A DNA stretch of 64,000 nucleotides from Deltaproteobacteria bacterium (GTDB taxonomy: Bacteria; Myxococcota_A; UBA796; JAFGLY01). Both the position numbers and the translations under genes were made by a program. Shown here one piece after another: positions 56,207 through 61,283 of the stretch (its first letter is position 1; every line of letters starts with the position of its first letter). Location: positions 3,016 to 67,015 of the forward strand of contig JAFGLY010000121.1 of the NCBI GenBank assembly GCA_016927815.1, written 5' to 3'. The notes under the pieces are model-generated. The model was not told where the DNA came from and did no database searches. It was given only the letters and a program-made list of their open reading frames with translations.

Positions 56207-56229
56207 CGTGCGCAGAAGCTGCGCGCACG
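56207..56229. terminator. GC-rich imperfect hairpin between convergent genes (CGTGCGCAG-AAG-CTGCGCGCACG)
   Basis: Lies in the 74-nt gap between stops at 56164 (+) and 56239 (-). There is no T-tract, so the call is weak. Confidence 0.3.
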
Positions 56230-56238
56230 GATCTCGTC

Positions 56239-57390
56239 CTACTGCGAGCAGTCGTAGGTAAAGGTGTCGAGCCAGTGCGTGCTCGAGGCGAGGTCGAAGA
56301 ACTCCTGCGTCCGCACGTTGCCGTAGGCATCGTAGGTGTAGGCATCGCTCCTGTCCACCGTCCCGTCGGCGTCGCTGTCCCGTTCCTCGGTCAGCAGGTT
56401 GCCGTCGGCGTCGTAGGTGTAGGCATCGCTCCTGTCCACAATCCCGTCGGCGTCGCTGTCCCGTTCCTCGGTCAGCAGGTTGCCTTGGGCGTCGTAGGTG
56501 CAAGTCAAGCGCGAATCCACCGTCCCGTCGGCGTCGGCGTCCAACTCCTCGGTCAGCAGGTTGCCGTCGGCGTCGTAGGTGCAGGTGAAGCGCGAATCCA
56601 CCGTACCGTCGGCGTCGCTGTCCCGTTCCTCGGTCAGCAGGTTGCCTTGGGCGTCGTAGGTGCAGGTGAAGCGCCAGTCCACCGTACCGTCGGCGCCGTA
56701 GTCGTACTCCTCCGTCAACAGGTTGCCATCGACGTCGTAGGTGTAGGTGTAGCGCCAGTCCACCCGGCCGTCGGCGTCGTCGTCCACCTCTGAGGTCAGC
56801 CGGAGGCCGTCGGCGTCGTAGGTATGAACCCTACGCGAATCCGGCGTACCGTCTCCGTCGGTGTCTTCTTCCTCGGTCAGCAGGTTGCCGTCGGCATCGT
56901 AGGTGCAGGTGAAGCGCCAGTCCACCCGGCCGTCGCCGTCGTAGTCGTACTCCTCGGTCAGCAGGTTGCTGTCGGCGTCGTAGGTGAAGGCGTGGCGCCA
57001 GTCCGCTCTGCCGTCGGCGTTCTGGTCGTACTCCTCGGTCAGCAGGTTGCCGTCGGCGTCGTAGGTGAAGGCCCAGCGCAAGTCCACCCGGCCGTCGGCG
57101 TTCAGGTCGTGCTCCGCCGTCAGCAGGTTGCCGTCGGCATCGTAGGTGCGAATCGAGCGCGAATCCACCGTACCGTCGGCGCCACAGTCAACCTCCTCGG
57201 TCAGCAGGTTGCCGTCGACGTCGTAGGTGTAGGTTCTGCGCACGTCTACCGTGCCATCGACGCCGTCGTCGTGCTCCTCCGTCATCAGCAGGCACCTGCC
57301 GCCATTGCCCTCATCGGGGGGAGAAGTGGAGCAACTCGGCATGATGAGAGCTGCGGCGCCACCAAGGAGCACATTCGAAAGCGTGTTCAT
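56239..57390 (-). CDS. Lipoprotein made of 12 tandem 27-aa YD(RHS-like)/Ca-loop repeats
   Basis: ATG at 57390 (MNTLSNVLLGGAAALIMPSC, lipobox). Repeat consensus is DGTVD.R.T.TYDADGNLLTEE.D.DA, 12 copies. Short C-terminus ...THWLDTFTYDCSQ. No toxin or Rhs-core domain. Confidence 0.75.
   Translation of the reverse strand: MNTLSNVLLGGAAALIMPSCSTSPPDEGNGGRCLLMTEEHDDGVDGTVDVRRTYTYDVDGNLLTEEVDCGADGTVDSRSIRTYDADGNLLTAEHDLNADGRVDLRWAFTYDADGNLLTEEYDQNADGRADWRHAFTYDADSNLLTEEYDYDGDGRVDWRFTCTYDADGNLLTEEEDTDGDGTPDSRRVHTYDADGLRLTSEVDDDADGRVDWRYTYTYDVDGNLLTEEYDYGADGTVDWRFTCTYDAQGNLLTEERDSDADGTVDSRFTCTYDADGNLLTEELDADADGTVDSRLTCTYDAQGNLLTEERDSDADGIVDRSDAYTYDADGNLLTEERDSDADGTVDRSDAYTYDAYGNVRTQEFFDLASSTHWLDTFTYDCSQ
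56287..57258 (-). repeat. Coding tandem repeat array, period 81 bp, 12 copies
   Basis: For example, the unit starting at 56341 recurs at 56422 with only a few substitutions. Some adjacent copies are nearly identical at DNA level. Confidence 0.9.
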
Positions 57391-57617
57391 GGAAGGTTCC
57401 CTTCGCAAGATGGTTGCAGTCTACAGGAGACGCCGATGTACCCACAAGTGCTTCGGGCCTGGAGGTGCTCTTGTCCGGGCAGACCCTGGCCGCGTGGGCG
57501 GCGTGGCGCATGGGGCGATCCGGGTTGGCGTCGCGGGCGGGAAGAAGTACCCGTCTTGCACAAGACCGTTGACAGGCGATGTGTGCTATCCCCCACCAAG
57601 CGGGTGAAGCCCCTCGC

Positions 57618-58697
57618 ATGAGCCGTCCTCGATCGCCAGCGCCGGATCTGCCCCGCCGAGCCCCCTCCGTGCCGGACCCGGCCTGTACGTCCTCGTTCGT
57701 CGGCCTCGCGCTTCACCTCGACCGGACCGGGACGGTGATCCGGGCCTGGGGCACGGGCCTGGGGTGGACGGGCCTCGTCGACCCGACGGGACAGCGCTAC
57801 GACGCGGTGATTCCCGCGGCGATCGTCGAGGCGGCCGATCTCCCCACGCGCATCGGGGAGGCCCTGTCCACGGCGCTGCCCATCCACCTGTCGGGCGTAG
57901 AGGTGCTCCAGGGCTCGTCGCCGCTCCACCTGCGGGTGAAGGTCATCCCCCTTCCGGATCGATCGTTCGAGGTCCTGATCCTGTTGGATGACGTCTCGGA
58001 TGCCGTGGAGGCGGTCGTCCGGGCCGAGCGCCAGGCCTGCCAGGCCCGGACCGCGGTGCTCGCGGCCAACGTGGCACACGAGATGAGGAACCCGCTGTCC
58101 GCCCTCTCGCTCGCGCTCCAGGTGGTCGAGGCCTCAGACCCCCGCCACCGATCCGTCCTGGAGAAGGTCCAGGCCCTCGTGGTGCGGCTGGACCGGATCG
58201 TGGAGGATCTCGTCGAGTTCTCCCGTCCGCCCCCGGTCACGCTCCGCCTCGTGGACCTCGCGGGACTCGTCCGCGGCGCACTGCCCGCGACCCTTCCGAA
58301 AGCCCGCGTCCGCGTCGACGGCCCGGCGATGGCGCTGGCCGATCCATCCCTGTTCCAGCAGGCGCTCGCCAGCCTCCTCGCGAGTGCTCGAGACGCCGCC
58401 TCCGCTCCGGATCGGGTCGAAGTCCACGTTGGTCCGGGCCCCCGCGTCGCGGTGTCGGACGACCGGCCCCCGCTGCCTGCCTCCACGCGGGACCGTCTCC
58501 TGGCCCCCTTCTCGAGAGTCGGATCCCGCGGGGACGGCGGCCTCGCGCTGGCCACGGCGCGCAAGCTCGTCGAGGCCATGGGAGGAACGCTGGATCTCCC
58601 CCCCACGGAGACCCCCCGGTTCACGCTTCGCCTCCGCCTCCCCGCGCCGGAGGGTTCCTCCCCTTTTCGAGCCGGTAGCGGAGGGCATAGCGGCTGA
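57618..58697 (+). CDS. Sensor histidine kinase (cytoplasmic, PAS-like N-terminus)
   Basis: ATG at 57618. 359 aa. H-box ANVAHEMRNPLSAL. The ATPase region has a degenerate G1 box (VSDDRPPLP) and the G2-like GGLALATARKLVEAMGG. Confidence 0.75.
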   Translation: MSRPRSPAPDLPRRAPSVPDPACTSSFVGLALHLDRTGTVIRAWGTGLGWTGLVDPTGQRYDAVIPAAIVEAADLPTRIGEALSTALPIHLSGVEVLQGSSPLHLRVKVIPLPDRSFEVLILLDDVSDAVEAVVRAERQACQARTAVLAANVAHEMRNPLSALSLALQVVEASDPRHRSVLEKVQALVVRLDRIVEDLVEFSRPPPVTLRLVDLAGLVRGALPATLPKARVRVDGPAMALADPSLFQQALASLLASARDAASAPDRVEVHVGPGPRVAVSDDRPPLPASTRDRLLAPFSRVGSRGDGGLALATARKLVEAMGGTLDLPPTETPRFTLRLRLPAPEGSSPFRAGSGGHSG

Positions 58698-60021
58698 TCC
58701 CGAGCAGACGTGCGGCCTGGGACTGGTTGCCTCCCGTTCGTGCCATGGCCTGCTCGAGCAGGTTTCGCTCCAGGGCCTCGAGATCCACACCGTGCTCGGG
58801 GAGCACGAATCGCGTCTGTATGGGCGTTTCCTCGTCGGCATCCGAAGGGAAGCGCAGCTCCGGGGGGAGGTGGGGCACCAGGATCACCTCCTCGGCCTCC
58901 AGGATGACGATGCGCTCCAGCACGTTTCGAAGTTCCCGCACGTTTCCCGGCCAGGCGTAAGCCTGCAGCCGCCGCGAGGCCTCGGGCGAGATGCGCTGCA
59001 CGTCGCGGGAGAACTTCTGGTTGAAGCGCTGCAGGAAGTGCTGGGCCAAGAGCGGGACATCCTCCCGCCGCGCTCGAAGCGGTGGAATGTTGATCCTCAC
59101 CACGTTCAGACGAAAGAAGAGATCCTCACGAAACCTTCCCTTTCGGACCTCCTCGCCCAGGTCGCGGTTCGTGGCCGCAATGACTCCGGCGTCGATGTGG
59201 ATGTCCGCGACCCCGCCCACCCGCTTGAAGCGCCGGTTCTCCAGCGCCCGCAGGAGCTTGGCCTGGGTCCCCAGGGACATCTCGGTGATCTCGTCGAGGA
59301 AGAGGGTGCCCCCTCGGGCGAGTTCGAACAGCCCCCGCTTGGTGGTCTTGGCGTCGGTGAACGCGCCCCGCTCGTGTCCGAACAGCTCCGACTCGATCAG
59401 GGTCTCGGTCAGGCCCGCGCAGTCGACCTCCATGAAGGGGCCGTTGCGCCGCATGCCGTTCTCGTGGATGGCGTTGGCGATGAGGTCCTTGCCCGTGCCG
59501 GACTCTCCGATGAGGAGCACCGTGGGTGCATCCACGGTCTCCAGGCGCCGGAGGGTCTCGAACAGCCTCTGCATCGCTGCCGACTGGCCGATGACGCGAT
59601 CGTAGGACGAGGCGTGACGGTCCCTCAGGTACCGGACCTGCGCCTCGAGCGAGTGCGCCTTGAGGACCTGCTGGAGCAGGAGCCCCATCTCGCGCAGATC
59701 GAAGGGCTTGGCGAGGTAGGCACGCGCCCCCAGGCGAGTCGCCTCCAGAGCCGAATCCACCGCGCCGTGGGCGGTGATCACGACGACCGGCAGGAGGGGA
59801 TCGGTCTCCTGCAGGTGCTGGAGCACCTCCATCCCGCCCATGCGCGGCATCTTGATGTCCAACACCACCAGGTCCGGCACCTCGGCCGCCACCTGCTCCA
59901 GGCACTGCTTGCCGTCCGCGGCCTCTACGACCCGGTAGCCCTCGGCCTGGAGGTACTCCGAAAGCGACCAGCGAATGAGTTCCTCGTCGTCGCACACCAG
60001 GATCTTGGTCCTTCCCGACAC
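58621..60021 (-). CDS. Sigma54-dependent response regulator (NtrC family)
   Basis: 466 aa. REC domain (ILVCDDEELIR, LVVLDIKMP). GESGTGKD and GAFTDA. C-terminal HTH QSQAARLLGISRYALRYRLEK. The 3' end overlaps the convergent kinase gene by 77 nt. Confidence 0.9.
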   Translation of the reverse strand: MSGRTKILVCDDEELIRWSLSEYLQAEGYRVVEAADGKQCLEQVAAEVPDLVVLDIKMPRMGGMEVLQHLQETDPLLPVVVITAHGAVDSALEATRLGARAYLAKPFDLREMGLLLQQVLKAHSLEAQVRYLRDRHASSYDRVIGQSAAMQRLFETLRRLETVDAPTVLLIGESGTGKDLIANAIHENGMRRNGPFMEVDCAGLTETLIESELFGHERGAFTDAKTTKRGLFELARGGTLFLDEITEMSLGTQAKLLRALENRRFKRVGGVADIHIDAGVIAATNRDLGEEVRKGRFREDLFFRLNVVRINIPPLRARREDVPLLAQHFLQRFNQKFSRDVQRISPEASRRLQAYAWPGNVRELRNVLERIVILEAEEVILVPHLPPELRFPSDADEETPIQTRFVLPEHGVDLEALERNLLEQAMARTGGNQSQAARLLGISRYALRYRLEKGRNPPARGGGGEA

Positions 60022-60194
60022 TTCTGCCTCCCGGGCTCGACGCGTGATCTATATCACTTGTGCGAAAACCAACAGCTCGACCTGGATCTGGGTGTGCTTT
60101 TTCACCCACCCACGGACTCCGCGCCTGGATCCGCCCCGGCCTCGACCTCGAATGTCGGGATTCTGCCCGCGATCATGTTCCTGCACCCTATCGG

Positions 60195-60210
60195 CGGCAT
60201 GCTTCTTGCT
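60195..60210 (+). promoter_or_regulatory. Candidate sigma54 promoter CGGCAT-N5-TTGCT upstream of the Crp/Fnr gene
   Basis: CGGCATGCTTCTTGCT has the correct GG-N10-GC spacing and a good -12 box. The -24 box has C instead of T at its first position. It lies 31 nt upstream of ATG 60242, in the spacer shared with the NtrC-type gene. Confidence 0.35.
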
Positions 60211-60241
60211 GGATCCTGCGTTCCTTTCAGCGGGGTGATCC

Positions 60242-60922
60242 ATGACGAACGAACGCTGCCCCTGCGTACACCCATGCGCCGAGGCCCACATCAATGCCGC
60301 GATCATGCAGCAGGGCGAGTCCTTCCGCTACAAGAGGGGGGACGTGCTGTGGCACCAGGGCGATGCCGCGGACTGGATGCTGGTGGTCTGTACGGGCACC
60401 TTGAAGCTGACCCGCGAGTGGCCGGGAGGCCGGGACGTCATCCTCGACCTCGTCCACCGGGGCCAGCTCGTGGGCGCCGGCGCGGCGCTGCCCCAGGCCC
60501 GGTACACCTCCACGTGCACCGCCCTGGCCTCGGGCAAGGGCATCCGCATCGATCGACCCCGCCTGCGCACGCTCCTGGAGCACCAGCCGGAGCTCGGCAT
60601 CACGCTCCTGGAGCTCTCCCACATCCGCCTCCAGTCGTTCGTGGATCGGCTGGAGGAGATGGCCCATGGGCCCGTGGAGCAGCGCCTCGCCCGCGTGCTG
60701 CTCCGCATCGGGGACCATGTCGGGCTGCCCGACTCTCGGGGAACTTTCGTCCCGGTGCGTCTCACCCGGGGCGACCTGGCTGGCATGGTGGGTTGCCGCG
60801 TGGAAACCACCATTCGCGTGCTCACCCGGTGGCAGCGGGAGGGTGTGGTGGAGACCCGACGCGAGGGGCTGGTCATCAAGGATCGCCAGCAGTTGACCCA
60901 GTTCATGCACCCGGTGGCCTAG
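60242..60922 (+). CDS. Crp/Fnr-family transcriptional regulator with N-terminal Cys cluster
   Basis: 226 aa. cNMP-binding-like barrel (GDVLWHQGDAADWMLVVCTGTLKL). C-terminal HTH TRGDLAGMVGCRVETTIRVLTRW. N-terminal CPCVHPC is reminiscent of Fnr-type Fe-S ligands. Confidence 0.8.
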   Translation: MTNERCPCVHPCAEAHINAAIMQQGESFRYKRGDVLWHQGDAADWMLVVCTGTLKLTREWPGGRDVILDLVHRGQLVGAGAALPQARYTSTCTALASGKGIRIDRPRLRTLLEHQPELGITLLELSHIRLQSFVDRLEEMAHGPVEQRLARVLLRIGDHVGLPDSRGTFVPVRLTRGDLAGMVGCRVETTIRVLTRWQREGVVETRREGLVIKDRQQLTQFMHPVA

Positions 60923-60944
60923 GTAGACTGTAGGCCCGAGGCTT

Positions 60945-61163
60945 GTGGGGGCGAGGCTCTCCCGGTACGGAACCGTGCGCGACCCTACGAAGCGACGAGC
61001 CTTTGAACAGGCAGACCGCTTGGCCCTCGCGGTGTGCGAGCACACGCGCCGCCTCCCCCGCGACGAGAGGTTCGGCCTGACCGCCTGGTACCGACGCGGG
61101 GCGGTTTCGATCCCCTCGAGCTTCTCAATCGAGACGGGGGAGGACATCGCCGGCATCCTGTGA
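60945..61163 (+). pseudogene. Truncated four-helix-bundle protein gene (23S rRNA IVS protein / Avd-like family)
   Basis: 72-aa ORF. ...FEQADRLALAVCEHTRRLPRDERFGLTAWYRRGAVSIPSSFSIETGE matches the family N-terminal half (..P..E.fGLtsQlrRAavSIpsNIAEG). The expected ~55-aa C-terminal half is missing, and the ORF jumps directly to the ..AGIL tail. Confidence 0.5.
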
Positions 61164-61227
61164 GCCCTACGGAAGGTGCGGCTCCTTCCCACTTGAACCT
61201 ACAGCCTACAGTCAACAGTCTACAGCC
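61149..61227 (+). repeat. Copy B of the dispersed repeat (hairpin GGAAGG-N7-CCTTCC plus CTACAG tandem tail)
   Basis: gccggcatcctgtgagccctacggaaggtgcggctccttcccacttgaacctacagcctacagtcaacagtctacagcc aligns with 21132-21196. An inverted partner ggtagactgtagg lies at 60922-60934. Confidence 0.6.
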
Positions 61228-61283
61228 TGGTAGACCGGAACACGCTCTCCGTGCCCCCAAGGAGGGGGTTACCTCCTTCCTCC

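Noticed and set aside
56287-57258. A regular 81-bp repeat array considered as a CRISPR-like array or satellite.
   Set aside because: The units are contiguous with no unique spacers. They maintain one open reading frame that encodes a coherent 27-aa protein repeat behind a lipoprotein signal.
57419-57431. A third occurrence of the AGTCTACAG motif, upstream of the YD-repeat lipoprotein gene.
   Set aside because: Only a 9-nt match with no flanking similarity to the repeat copies at 21132-21196 and 61149-61227. A single 9-mer hit is expected by chance in 2 x 64 kb.
58384-60933. 849-aa plus-strand ORF antisense to the NtrC-type regulator, and the 716-aa minus-strand ORF 61827-63977 antisense to the SNF2 helicase.
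   Set aside because: The opposite strands carry unambiguous AAA+/HTH and SNF2 motifs. These translations are low complexity.
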